Shown: positions 1 through 13,704, counted from the first letter of the stretch. The stretch is 64,000 bases of DNA from Paramoeba atlantica (GCA_977017575.1 CDRNVI010000177.1:322260-386259), one strand, 5' to 3'. The notes: generated from the sequence alone by a model not told the origin. Numbers and translations are program-made.

Positions 1-125
1 TTTAGTCTACTATGAAAATTGTTAGAAAAATCCTGAGAAAGAATAAAATCCTTCTTTAGCCTCCAAAAACTCAAATCAAAAAAGAACCTAAAAAGAAGAA
101 AAGCTTTAAATTCAAAAGCTTTTAA

Positions 126-410
126 ATGTTTTATAATGATTTAAGATATACAGGCCCTCATCTGGGGGGTGCAGATTTTGTAGTTTTCAGGAAAGAGAGA
201 GAGATATGTGGTGGGTTTGAAACCATTTCTCTTAGCTTTAACAATATTGGTGAATTTATAGACTACTTAAAAGGGATACAAAGTGTTAAATCAATGATAA
301 AAAAGATTGTGATTGTTGAAGATTGTATAATTCTTACCAAAGCAATGTTCAAAACCTACACTAGAAAAAATTATGCTTTAAATGAATTACTTTGTGAAAT
401 TACAAGTTAA
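126..410 (+). mobile_element. Degenerate RNase H-like domain, 3' end of an L1-like retroelement (copy of 61052-61336)
   Basis: GGADFVVFR...NNIGEFIDYLKGIQ...KKIVIVEDC resembles RNase HI motifs (GGAGxV, NNxAEY, KLxVEGDS) with catalytic residues eroded. Confidence 0.6.
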
Positions 411-549
411 GGCTTGAAGGTTTGCAACACTATAAGCAAAACAACTATTTAAGATAAAAAGAGTTTTGGTATTATCTTTGAACTCTAAAAATCAACATCT
501 TATAATCACTTTTAGAATAAGAATTTTATCAATTTAATAAGAAAATAAC

Positions 550-1100
550 TTATTATTGATATTTGGTGATGAAAATAATATTACATAATACTACTCATTC
601 ACTGAGAAATTATACATCACCTTTAAGTCTAAAACAAAGAATATTGTTTTGATAATTGTAAAAATTGAAAGACTCCATCCAATAATACCAACTATAAGTA
701 TTAAAGTGATATAGAATTCATTTCAAGAGGAACAATATATATGTGGGCAATTATATATTAAAACAACTTTGAGTTTTTCAGTATCTTTTTTGCAATTGAA
801 ATCAGTTTCATTAATATTTATGATCAATTGAGAGTGAGCAGCATTAATCTTTTCTTACAATTTTTTTGTATTTTGTTTTAGCTTTTCCTCAAACAAACTG
901 CACCTCTCTGCCTCAAGTGACTCTGAATCAATAAGAAAAAATTGTTTTTCACTCTAAACAAAGAAATAAATTCAGGTGAAAGAGATTGCTTTTGAGAAAG
1001 TGGTATTAATCCAATCTTTGAAGGTGGTTTGAATCAATGAAACTTGGTTTCCATTACATTTTTACACATACTTAACAATTTTATCAATTTGAGAAGGTTC
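550..1100 (-). mobile_element. Heavily decayed pogo/Tigger-like (DDE_1) transposase relic; second copy at about 61476-62026
   Basis: Manual minus-strand translation gives LIININETDF (cf. IxNxDETGF) and FYITLILIVGIIGWSLSIFTIIK (cf. ITLVxCxSAxGxxLPPFIIFK), with many stops. Confidence 0.5.
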
Positions 1101-1639
1101 AATCTTTGTAAAGTGTTTTCATATCTTTGATTTCACTCCAAAAAGCAAATTACCCTAGGTTTTGAAAAGTTTTCTATTTTGTTGTTAGTCAATTTGAAAA
1201 AAACAACTTATAGTTGTGAAAGTTTTTATTTATTCTTTTTCATTTGGATTATTAAAAATCAATTTTTCATAAAAACAATAACATTACTTAATTAAAGTTT
1301 AACAAAGAGTCAACTTTTCTCATTCAAAGGTTTTATAAAAAAGAATGTATTCATGAACTAAAAGTTTTAAATTTTACAATGAAATTACTTTAACAAGAAA
1401 GACAAAAGATTTTTTTTTTTTTTTGTGAAAGAAGATAATAGATTCTTGAAAATGAATTTAGGTGAAATGAAGTAATTAAACAAAAACCAACAAAAACAAA
1501 CAAAAAACTAAAATCAATTTCAGAAACAAAACTAATTTTCTTTATTTGGCTAAAAAAAAAATATTTTTCTCAATTTAATTTTTATATTTTTGAAAAAAAT
1601 AAGATTTTAAATATTTAAAAAAGAGAAAAAAATTTTTGA

Positions 1640-4600
1640 TAAAAAAGAAAATAAAAAATAAATTAAATACATCAATTCAAAACAATTAAGAAATTTGATT
1701 GAACCAACTTAAAAAATATCATAGATCTGAAAAATAAGTTCAAAAAATATCAGAGAATCAGAAAATAAATTAAGGAATTGCATTCAATATGGAGACATAA
1801 TTAAGAAATTGAAATTACAAAAAAATAATATGAAAAAAATGAAACAAAAAATAAATCAAATACATCAACCAAAAACAATTAAGAAATTTTATTGAACCAA
1901 CTTAAAAAATATCACAGATCTGAAATATAAGTTCTAAAAATATCAAAGAATCAGAAAATAAATTAAGAAATTACATTCAATATGGAGACATAATTAAGAA
2001 ATTGAAATTACAAAAAATTAATGTGAAAAAAAGAAAATAAAAAATAAATTAAATACATCAATTCAAAACAATTAAGAAATTTGATTGAACCAACTTAAAA
2101 AATATCATAGATCTGAAAAATAAGTTCAAAAAATATCAGAGAATCAGAAAATAAATTAAGGAATTGCATTCAATATGGAGACATAATTAAGAAATTGAAA
2201 TTACAAAAAAATAATATGAAAAAAATGAAACAAAAAATAAATCAAATACATCAACCAAAAACAATTAAGAAATTTTATTGAACCAACTTAAAAAATATCA
2301 CAGATCTGAAATATAAGTTCTAAAAATATCAGAGAATCAGAAAATAAATTAAGAAATTACATTCAATATGGAGACATAATTAAGAAATTGAAATTACAAA
2401 AAATTAATGTGAAAAAAAGAAAATAAAAAATAAATTAAATACATCAATTCAAAACAATTAAGAAATTTGATTGAACCAACTTAAAAAATATCATAGATCT
2501 GAAAAATAAGTTCAAAAAATATCAGAGAATCAGAAAATAAATTAAGGAATTGCATTCAATATGGAGACATAATTAAGAAATTGAAATTACAAAAAAATAA
2601 TATGAAAAAAATGAAACAAAAAATAAATCAAATACATCAACCAAAAACAATTAAGAAATTTTATTGAACCAACTTAAAAAATATCACAGATCTGAAATAT
2701 AAGTTCTAAAAATATCAGAGAATCAGAAAATAAATTAAGAAATTACATTCAATATGGAGACATAATTAAGAAATTGAAATTACAAAAAATTAATGTGAAA
2801 AAAAGAAAATAAAAAATAAATTAAATACATCAATTCAAAACAATTAAGAAATTTGATTGAACCAACTTAAAAAATATCATAGATCTGAAAAATAAGTTCA
2901 AAAAATATCAGAGAATCAGAAAATAAATTAAGGAATTGCATTCAATATGGAGACATAATTAAGAAATTGAAATTACAAAAAAATAATATGAAAAAAATGA
3001 AACAAAAAATAAATCAAATACATCAACCAAAAACAATTAAGAAATTTTATTGAACCAACTTAAAAAATATCACAGATCTGAAATATAAGTTCTAAAAATA
3101 TCAGAGAATCAGAAAATAAATTAAGAAATTACATTCAATATGGAGACATAATTAAGAAATTGAAATTACAAAAAATTAATGTGAAAAAAAGAAAATAAAA
3201 AATAAATTAAATACATCAATTCAAAACAATTAAGAAATTTGATTGAACCAACTTAAAAAATATCATAGATCTGAAAAATAAGTTCAAAAAATATCAGAGA
3301 ATCAGAAAATAAATTAAGGAATTGCATTCAATATGGAGACATAATTAAGAAATTGAAATTACAAAAAAATAATATGAAAAAAATGAAACAAAAAATAAAT
3401 CAAATACATCAACCAAAAACAATTAAGAAATTTTATTGAACCAACTTAAAAAATATCACAGATCTGAAATATAAGTTCTAAAAATATCAGAGAATCAGAA
3501 AATAAATTAAGAAATTACATTCAATATGGAGACATAATTAAGAAATTGAAATTACAAAAAATTAATGTGAAAAAAAGAAAATAAAAAATAAATTAAATAC
3601 ATCAATTCAAAACAATTAAGAAATTTGATTGAACCAACTTAAAAAATATCATAGATCTGAAAAATAAGTTCAAAAAATATCAGAGAATCAGAAAATAAAT
3701 TAAGGAATTGCATTCAATATGGAGACATAATTAAGAAATTGAAATTACAAAAAAATAATATGAAAAAAATGAAACAAAAAATAAATCAAATACATCAACC
3801 AAAAACAATTAAGAAATTTTATTGAACCAACTTAAAAAATATCACAGATCTGAAATATAAGTTCTAAAAATATCAGAGAATCAGAAAATAAATTAAGAAA
3901 TTACATTCAATATGGAGACATAATTAAGAAATTGAAATTACAAAAAATTAATGTGAAAAAAAGAAAATAAAAAATAAATTAAATACATCAATTCAAAACA
4001 ATTAAGAAATTTGATTGAACCAACTTAAAAAATATCATAGATCTGAAAAATAAGTTCAAAAAATATCAGAGAATCAGAAAATAAATTAAGGAATTGCATT
4101 CAATATGGAGACATAATTAAGAAATTGAAATTACAAAAAAATAATATGAAAAAAATGAAACAAAAAATAAATCAAATACATCAACCAAAAACAATTAAGA
4201 AATTTTATTGAACCAACTTAAAAAATATCACAGATCTGAAATATAAGTTCTAAAAATATCAAAGAATCAGAAAATAAATTAAGAAATTACATTCAATATG
4301 GAGACATAATTAAGAAATTGAAATTACAAAAAATTAATGTGAAAAAAAGAAAATAAAAAATAAATTAAATACATCAATTCAAAACAATTAAGAAATTTGA
4401 TTGAACCAACTTAAAAAATATCATAGATCTGAAAAATAAGTTCAAAAAATATCAGAGAATCAGAAAATAAATTAAGGAATTGCATTCAATATGGAGACAT
4501 AATTAAGAAATTGAAATTACAAAAAAATAATATGAAAAAAATGAAACAAAAAATAAATCAAATACATCAACCAAAAACAATTAAGAAATTTTATTGAACC

Positions 4601-5690
4601 AACTTAAAAAATATCACAGATCTGAAATATAAGTTCTAAAAATATCAGAGAATCAGAAAATAAATTAAGAAATTACATTCAATATGGAGACATAATTAAG
4701 AAATTGAAATTACAAAAAATTAATGTGAAAAAAAGAAAATAAAAAATAAATTAAATACATCAATTCAAAACAATTAAGAAATTTGATTGAACCAACTTAA
4801 AAAATATCATAGATCTGAAAAATAAGTTCAAAAAATATCAGAGAATCAGAAAATAAATTAAGGAATTGCATTCAATATGGAGACATAATTAAGAAATTGA
4901 AATTACAAAAAAATAATATGAAAAAAATGAAACAAAAAATAAATCAAATACATCAACCAAAAACAATTAAGAAATTTTATTGAACCAACTTAAAAAATAT
5001 CACAGATCTGAAATATAAGTTCTAAAAATATCAAAGAATCAGAAAATAAATTAAGAAATTACATTCAATATGGAGACATAATTAAGAAATTGAAATTACA
5101 AAAAATTAATGTGAAAAAAAGAAAATAAAAAATAAATTAAATACATCAATTCAAAACAATTAAGAAATTTGATTGAACCAACTTAAAAAATATCATAGAT
5201 CTGAAAAATAAGTTCAAAAAATATCAGAGAATCAGAAAATAAATTAAGGAATTGCATTCAATATGGAGACATAATTAAGAAATTGAAATTACAAAAAAAT
5301 AATATGAAAAAAATGAAACAAAAAATAAATCAAATACATCAACCAAAAACAATTAAGAAATTTTATTGAACCAACTTAAAAAATATCACAGATCTGAAAT
5401 ATAAGTTCTAAAAATATCAGAGAATCAGAAAATAAATTAAGAAATTACATTCAATATGGAGACATAATTAAGAAATTGAAATTACAAAAAATTAATGTGA
5501 AAAAAAGAAAATAAAAAATAAATTAAATACATCAATTCAAAACAATTAAGAAATTTGATTGAACCAACTTAAAAAATATCATAGATCTGAAAAATAAGTT
5601 CAAAAAATATCAGAGAATCAGAAAATAAATTAAGGAATTGCATTCAATATGGAAACATAATTAAGAAATTGAAATTACAAAAAAATTAAT
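1640..5690. repeat. AT-rich satellite, 386-bp unit made of two diverged ~193-bp subunits, about 10.5 units
   Basis: The anchor AATTAAATACATCAATTC recurs at 1661, 2047, 2433 and onward. Subunits alternate CATAGATCTGAAAAATAAG and CACAGATCTGAAATATAAG. Confidence 0.97.
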
Positions 5691-5899
5691 ATTAAAAAAA
5701 TCACTTTTAATAATTTCTTGTTCATTCTCTATTTCAAATGTTCAAGTGGAAGAAGGCAAACAACTCCCCACAAACATTTCCTAATAGTATAAGTCTTGAT
5801 AACAAGTCAAACTATTGTATGAATAAACTAAAAACTGATTTGAGTGGAGAGGTGTGAGGTGGTGGTGGATAAAATTATGTTATGCTATTCAGACCTGAA

Positions 5900-7000
5900 A
5901 TTTTTCAGAATGCTCATACTTGTTTAATGAAGTCAATACAAGTTTTCCAAGTTGATACAAAAAGTGTGAAAAAGAGTGAATATTTTTCACTCTTGTTGGA
6001 GCCTTCATCAATAAGTCAGATCCACCACCACAATCAAGACTATCATCATCAACAACCTGTTCAACTCAAGAAGACAGGTTTTTGATTAAAGCCTTTCAAA
6101 AAACTTCTTCAACAAGATCACATTTATAGACATGGCAACCAAGGAAGGATTTTTCCAGCCATTTGACTCAATTCTCCAACTGCTGCTGGGTTTGAAGGAG
6201 TATGATCCCCCATCACAGATTCAAAAGAAAAGAGGCTCAAAGAATCTGAAAAGGACTGAATTTTAGGGAATTTCTTTGCCAGATTTTGGAGACCATTTAA
6301 AAGAGAAAAAATATCCTTTGCAATTGACAGGGCATCATGATTAACTGTTTCTCAAATACCTAAATTAACATGCCTACCTTTGCCCTGGATCCCAACAGAA
6401 AGAAGATTTTGTCCTTGTGATGAACTTCCATCATGAGAGAGAGTTGAGGATTTTCATTCTTGGACTCATAGTAGTGCTTCTAATTTTGATTGGATGCTGC
6501 CTTCACAACAAATCTATTGGATTGTGGTTGGTGATGGAAGAGTAGGGTCTTTTTTCAAAAAAATTCAGAAAAATTCTCAAATTGCAGGAGAAATATTTCT
6601 CTGGGCTATATTAAGGGAAGAAAGAGAATTGCAATCCACCAGCACCAAGTTCAAGAGTTCTTACCTGCTCCTCCTCTTCTTCTTTTCCTTTTTCATCATT
6701 CTCTTCATCCTCCTCAGTCTTCTTTGCAAGCAAGGAGGTCATGAAATGAAATTTCCTCAGGAAGATCAATCAAATGATGAACTTTTATCAACAAAAAGAT
6801 CAAGGTCATCCAACGCTTTAATGTGTGGTGGGCGGTGAATAAAATAACCACAAGCAGGTTGGCTTTCCTTGTTTCAATCATGACCACTTCATAAACCACC
6901 AGAAAATTCCCCACCACTTCCACAAAAGCAGATTGCCCAACTTTATCAAAGAATTTGGGGGCCAATAAAGAAAAACAACCATTTTCATCCAAAACAAAAT
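5900..7000 (-). mobile_element. Decayed DDE transposase-like relic with CxxH-like motif (hAT/P/Mutator/Kolobok-type fold)
   Basis: Reading through TGA stops and frameshifts gives TLSHDGSSSQGQNLLSVGI...LGI*ETVNHDA, then SVMGDHTPSN...PWLPCL*. This fits the first two catalytic Asp plus a degenerate CxxH. Boundaries not found. Confidence 0.5.
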
Positions 7001-7699
7001 GTTCAACAACAATTCACAATTTTTGGTGTTTCAATCACTGGTTTCAGGAGGTCAGTCCTTCTCTAATAATTTTTCAGTCTAAAGCCTTTTCTAATTGTCT
7101 TCATCATTTCTCCTCAAACAAGGAAGGAACAACAATGAATGGTCCAGCATAAGTCATTGCTTTGTGGTCTGGTCCTTGACAATATTCACACTCAACCTGC
7201 ACTACTTTCAAGAATCACTTCTTTATGGGTTTCATGAGCCTTTTTTTCAAAAAAAAAAAGATCAGTTTCAAGAAGAGGGTCTTTGAATTCAAAATCCAAA
7301 AGAATTTTGGGGATTGAAAGAAATACCTGCCTTAATCAGAGTTGTACAACAATTTTTTTGAGCAATTTCAAGGGCCAGGATGATTCAACTCTAAAACAAA
7401 AGAACAAAAAAAGAAAAAAGTCTTTGTCATGGTGCTACCTGCACAACTTTGGGCATGTTTGCACTCTAGAAAGAGAGAAAGAGTGGTGGTGAGAAAGGGA
7501 GAAAGGAGAGACAAAAGAAAAACAAAGAATTCAAAAATCCCAAAAGAGAGAAGAAGAATGAAAGAGAAAGAAAAGAAAAACAAAAACAAAGTGAAAAAGA
7601 CAAAAAGACAAAAAAAAAAAAAGGAGGGAGGGGAGGAAAGGAAAAAAAAAAAGAGATTTCAAAAGAAAAAGAAAAGAAAAAAAGAGGAAAAAAAAAGAC

Positions 7700-10600
7700 T
7701 TTTTCCCCCTTGAAAAACAACAAACAACAAACCACAAACCAACCACACCACCAATCACTTCCCACTTCATCCGAATCAATACCCACTCTCCCCTCTTCCT
7801 CTCAAACCCCACCTTCAAAAGCTCTGCTCCCCACCCCTGACATAACAAAAGATTTTCAAGATTGCCACAGCCATGCCTCTCGATCCTGGGCACCCTCAAA
7901 CCAGATAGCACAGAAAACTTTCGGTTCCCAAAACTTCACTTGGAAAAGAGTTGCAGCCAAGAAGGAGAGCAAGAGAAAGAAAAAGAAGGAAAAAAAGAAG
8001 AGGTCAGAGAAAGAGAAAAGGAAGAAAAAAGACAAAGAGAACCCCAAAAAAGCGAGAGAGCAGAAGCAGAAACAACGAAGAAAGAGAGAAAAGAAAGGAA
8101 GAGAATGAAAAGAAAAAGAAAATAGAGAAGGAAAAAAAACAGGAAGGAAAAAGAATGGAAAAAAAGAGGAAGAAAGAGAAAAATCAGAAAAAGAAAAGAA
8201 TGAAAGAAACAGAAAAGAAAGAGAAAAAGAACTAAATCAAATGGACAATCCTCAGGCCCAGAAGACAACTTCACATCCTCCAAAATTCCTTGGCAATTGC
8301 TCGTACTGAAGATGCAGAGGCCAACACCAAAAAGTAATAGTCTCCCGATGCGAGAAGTGCCTCCTTACATTCTGCTCCTTTTCCCACCACAGGAAGTCAC
8401 AAACTCTCTGTCACCCTCTTCCTCCCCCCCCCCCCCAACCTCTCCCATCCCTAACCTCCCCTCCCTGCTCTCCCTCCAATCCCCCCTCCCACCCTCCCTC
8501 CCCAATTCCCTCCCACCCTCCCTCCCCACTTCCCTCCCCCCCTCCCTCCCCACTCCCCTCCCCCACTCCCTATCCCACTCTTCATCTCAATCTTAATCCT
8601 GATCTCAATCCCTCCAGCACCCCTCCCCCTTCCTGTAACAACCTGAATGCAATGGTAAAGCAGAAGTTGGCTCCCACATCTCCTGTAACCACTGCCAAAT
8701 GCATTATTGTTCAACACAATGCCACAACAGCACAGAAAACCATCCCATCACCCCTTTTCCTCCTCCCATCTCACCCCTCACCTCACACACCTCTCCACCC
8801 TCCTTCCCATCCACCTCATTTGCCCCCCCCCCCCAAGCCCACCTCACCACCTCCCTTCCCACACCCCCTCTCACTCCCCTCTCGCTCCCCCTCCCCAACA
8901 ACTTTCCCACCGCCCTTCTTCTCATGGCCCACCTTCTTTTCAACAAACTCCTCCCTCCCTCTCCCTTATCCTTGAACTCTTTGAAAATGGCTCCTTTGAA
9001 GATATAGTCTTAACTGTCCCCCGCTTCAGAAACTTGGATCGCACAAGAACAAGCTCCCTCCAAACATGCAGAGCTTGTGACCTCCTTGGACTTGGAATCA
9101 ACCACTTCTTTGGTGGCCAACAGAAAAACTAAGACCTTACTCCCATTCTCTCCTCAGATTTCAAAAATGCTCAACAAACAAAGCAAGATGAGATATTGTC
9201 CCCCTTCTCTCGAATCGCAAGTAGCACAGGGAGAATAGCCTTTCTCCTACAGTTCTGGCAACACTGGAAACCTGCACCACAGCCTCCCGAAATCTCGCTC
9301 ACAAATGTCAAAGACAACTTCTTTTTCATCTGTGGGGATGGATCTGTTGCTACCAACCCAAATGGATGGTGCATTGGAAGCTCATCACTCTGTGTCGTTC
9401 ATGAGAACAAGGAAATTGTCCACTCTCTCATCCATTCTCCCAAGCCCTGAAAACCATATTAATTGGAGAAACCGCGAGAACAACTCTTTGGCAGATAGGA
9501 TCACAAGTTTAGCAGTACACAGAGGATGCCCTGACAACACCTGGAGAATCACACCCATCCTCGACCCAGACCCACAACACATCCAACAACTCTTCTTCAA
9601 TCATGGGTGCTCTACAACCCTTCCTCATGGAAGCAAAGAAGAGGCTGCAATGAACTTCATCCTCTCTCTTGAAGGAGACTCCTTCTCAAAACACATCCCC
9701 CTCTGCTACATGGACTCAGTACCACTCTGCCTTCATGATACAGTCATCAAAACTTTTTGTGCTGTACAACACCTCTTTCATAAGATACCCCAACTCCTGA
9801 TCCTCCTCCCAAAATGGATCTTTGGATGCCTTAGAAGGGGTACTTGAGGAATGAAAGAAGTGAAATCTCAATGCACCATGGTGCGAAATTTTGAGTGGGA
9901 GAGACTCCACAAAAAACTTGAGGGCAAGCTCAGCAAACTCAAGCAAAAGAGGAGGCAGAAGTCCACCAAGAAAACCAAGGCAGACCAGATTATTGAAGAG
10001 GTCAGAAAAGGACATCTCTCCAAAGCTGCAAGGAAGCTTCAATCCAAGAGTGGATTCAGGGATCTCTCAGTCCCAGAAAATCGTGAAACTGCAAAGAACC
10101 TCTACCCAAGATCTGAGCAGGTGTGGACTCCACCAGATCGAGCCGAAATTCCTGACTGGAAACCAGCAATCCTTGAACAAGATGAGTTTCAGTCCTTTGA
10201 CTCACTTGATCTGGCCCTTTGGAGACTTCCAAAAGGCCGCACACCAGGGCTCTCAGGAATGTCTTATGAGTTTGTCACACTCCTATGCACAGACCGAGAA
10301 CTCCGCTCAACCCTTAAAGAATTGACTGTCTTAATCACCAACCAAAAACTCAATGAAACCATACACAACATCATGGCAACCTCTCTCTTCATTCCTCTGG
10401 CAAAAGGGGACAAAGGGATCTGTCCAATTGGTGTTGCTGAGGTTCTCAAGAGGTGGGCAGCGATTGCACTTGTTCTTGAAATCCAACATGAGGGAATTCC
10501 TGAGAAATTGTCCCATCAGTATGGTGTATGCTTGCCAAGTGGTGCAGAAATGGTCCACAAAGCAATATCACAGCCTATCTCCACCTCCACCCACAACATT

Positions 10601-12891
10601 ATGCCGCAAAACTGGACATTGTTAATGCCTTCAATTCCATCTCAAGAAAAACCATCTTTGAGAGCACAGTCCAGCTGGCCCCTGTATTACTTCCATACCT
10701 CTACACCTTCTATTCTTCGGCAACACCCCTCACTCTCTCATGACCAGAACCACACCCTCACCATGGAGGAGGGTGTCCAGCAAGGAGATCCCCTCGGGAC
10801 AATTTTCTTTTGTCTGGGATTTCATGGAATCCTCAATCCAATTTTTCAGAAGGTTGATGCTCCACCAAATGCACTTCTTCTTCTCCTCTTTGTCAATGAT
10901 ATATTTGTTTGTGGGAGCCTGGTTGCCATTGCAGAAATCACCACTCAGATCCAGAGTGTCCTCCCAAATGCCAACCTCAAACTTGGCACAGAAAGGGGCA
11001 AAATGGTCTGTTTCTCTCCCAAAGCGCCCAGGAGCAATGACCTCAAAAATCTTGGCATTGGGAAGGCGGAAGTAATCACAGTTCTAGGGTCACCCATCGG
11101 GCTGAACACTCAAATTTCCAAGTGGCTTCACACCCTTGCTCAAGAATACCAACAAGCATCACAAGACCACTGTTTAATAATGTTCTCCAACCCCCATGAA
11201 AGTCTTGAGCTTTTTGTTAAAACCATCACACCCAAACTAACATACATCTGTCGCACAACACCTCTCTCTTTAACCCCTTTCCAAGACTCCATCAAGCAAA
11301 CCACTACAACAAACATCAATTACCTCCTCAACCTCCTCCAAGTCCCCCACCTGCATCCAAACAAAGAACTCCATCTCTCTCGAGTAGAAGCTGCAGGCCT
11401 TCCAAAGTCAAAAGGTGGTGGTGGCTTGAGCTACTCTCAGAACACCCACCAAGCAGCCTTCCTTGGCTCCTGGATCTCAGTCTACCGATCCTGCTCTGAG
11501 TTCAAACCTGAACTTATCAACCTCTTTGAAGACTTCTGGAAGAGTGACTCACCCCAGCGCCAGGCCCTCCACCAAGCATATGACCATTTTGAAAGCTTCA
11601 TCTTGAGTGAGTGGAAACTGCCAAGTGGTACCTCTGTCCATGAGCTCCTAACTCGATTGACAGAGCCACCATCTGACTCAATGGGCACTGGAGAAAACTA
11701 CAAACCACAGAAGAAGTTCACCTCCTGTGAACTTCAGGATGTCAAAAAGAAGATTATGGACCCAACACAAGACAAAAACCTCTGCCGTGCAATCTGTGAG
11801 AATGAGGTTGGCCCCACCACCCACTTGTGGATGACAGCCTACCCAGACAAGGACACCTCTGGGCCAAAGCCATATCAAGCCTTAAATGCTGAAGATTTTC
11901 GCTCAGCCTACCGATGTAGGCTTGACATAGTTGACCCACACCTTGGGGCTCTCTGCAAACTTGGGACTGTCAAGTGTGGATTCTGTGAAAAAGAACTCTG
12001 TGCTCCATCCTCCCTCCACCTCTCAGATTGCACCAGTCATGGAAGAGGAACCACACAAGAAGACACCATGCTCTCCGTGACGAACTCAAGAACATTGCCA
12101 GCTGGGCGGCGGGAAAAACAACAATCTGAGATGGAGCCTACCGGCCAATCGGGAAGTGTCACACAAGCAACCTGATCTTACAATCCGCGAGTGGCAAGGT
12201 GACCAGGATCTGTGTATTGATGTCCGAGTTGTGTCAACCCACAAAACCCCCCACTTTCGCTGTATGATCCAAACACCCACCAAAACCCACTCTGACCCCC
12301 CATACTCGACACCCTCTCACCTGCACACCATGCCAGGATCATGAAACACAGAGAATATGTGGACAGATGTCTGACTGAAACAGACTTTAAAATGCAGGAA
12401 GGGGCAGAGACACCCCTGAGGAGAAACAGACCCTTAAACAAATAACTCTTTCCATTTCTCCAAGGTGAAGTCATCTTCCTTCCAGCATCTTCATCCTCAG
12501 GTGGTGGAATATCCCCTGACATTAGTGCACTCCTCCGATCCCTCACCTCAATTGCCCTCCAAAACGACCGGGTCCTGGATGCCAACCCCCTCCCCCTCTT
12601 CTTTAGAACAGCAAAGAAGAAGATTTCAACTGCACTAATGAAAGCAATGGCAAACCACATGATGAGCATACAGGAAAATCTAAAACCCAGCAACCCCCTT
12701 TTGACCCATCACTCTCTGTGCTTCTCATCATCTCTCAATCCAAATGACATTTCCATTCCCCCCTCTTCTTTCCACATGTACTACCCCCTTTTTCTGCAGT
12801 TCCTCCTCTCACTGGGTGAGATATTCTGCCGAATGTGCAACCATTCCCTTCTCTTACAACCATCTATTTCGAATAAAAATCTCTTTCATTG

Positions 12892-12920
<29 letters not shown>
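7700..12920 (+). mobile_element. CRE-clade-like non-LTR retrotransposon (RT plus restriction-like endonuclease) with poly(A) tail; 5' end uncertain
   Basis: RT motifs KLDIVNAFNSISR (alternate frame), EGVQQGDPLG and LPKSKGGGGL. Zn knuckle CxxC...H...C followed by RHHALRD; PDL...DVRV endonuclease motif. AATAAA at ~12872 and an A-run at 12892-12919. Confidence 0.85.
9305..12700 (+). pseudogene. Disrupted RT-REL polyprotein ORF
   Basis: In-frame TGA at 9848-9850, compensating frameshifts near 10590 and 10740, a frameshift near 12060, and the catalytic YxDD reading FVND. Confidence 0.85.
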
Positions 12921-12922
<2 letters not shown>

Positions 12923-12946
12923 AGAAAAAAAAAGAAGAAAAAGAGA

Positions 12947-13066
12947 AGGTCTTCAGCACTCGGGATTCGAATGTGGTCACCCACCATTCTACTAACCGAG
13001 CCCACAGCTGCTTAACTTCCGAGTTCTGATGGGATCGGGTGCTTTCAACTGGGTATGACCGAAGAC
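12947..13066 (-). rRNA. 5S rRNA
   Basis: Reverse complement GTCTTCGGTCATACC...GATCCCATCAGAACTCGGAAGTTAAGC...GGTTAGTA...GAAGACC. Termini pair, and a T-rich Pol III terminator-like tract follows. Confidence 0.97.
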
Positions 13067-13704
13067 ACTTTCTCTTCTTTTTTTTCTTCTTTTAATATCA
13101 ATCCAAATTAATAAAAAGAAAAGAGAAAGAGAAAAGAAAGATGAGAGAAAAGAAAGAAAAGAGAAAAAAGAAAAGAGAAAAGAGAAAAAACCTCAATGGA
13201 AAGAGAGAAAAAGTGGTGGAATTTCAAAAAAAAGAAAGAAAAAAATAAAGAAAAAACAAAGAAAGAGAAGGAAAAAAAATTAACAACCCACAAAAAGAAA
13301 GATAAGAAAAGAAAAGACAGAAGAAAAGAGAAAGAGGAAAAAGAAAGACTGAGGAAAACCAAAAAAAAAACCCAAACGAACAAAAAAACACAAAAACAAA
13401 AAAAGAAAAACGGACCTCTATTTTGGGTCCGAATATGATGGACCTCTATTTCAGGTCCTATCAGAGCTTTTTTTCTTTTTTTTTTTTCTGTGTGTGTGTT
13501 TTTGGTTGTTCTTTCAGTGATTTTTTTTGTTTTTTTTTGTTCAATTTTGATTGGTGTTCCTTCTCGCCACACCCCCCCCCCTCTCATTCCCTTGTGAACA
13601 ACAACAAACACAATCAACCACACCCTCAGGTTTTGTTTTTAATTCAAAACATTTCTTTTTCTGGATAACTTGAAACAGAAAAACAACAATCAATCAATCA
13701 AAAT

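Larger units (their letters stand above)
1..2303 (+). repeat. Segmental direct repeat, copy A (copy B at 60927-63229)
   Basis: Colinear match at a constant offset of 60926 (ORF 126 vs 61052; satellite anchor 1661 vs 62587). About 3.5% divergence over the first 1.4 kb. Confidence 0.97.

Noticed and set aside
1-1410. Classical CpA-specific fungal RIP
   Set aside because: About 22 of 49 transitions are in CpA, close to what base composition predicts; specificity is not shown without computation.
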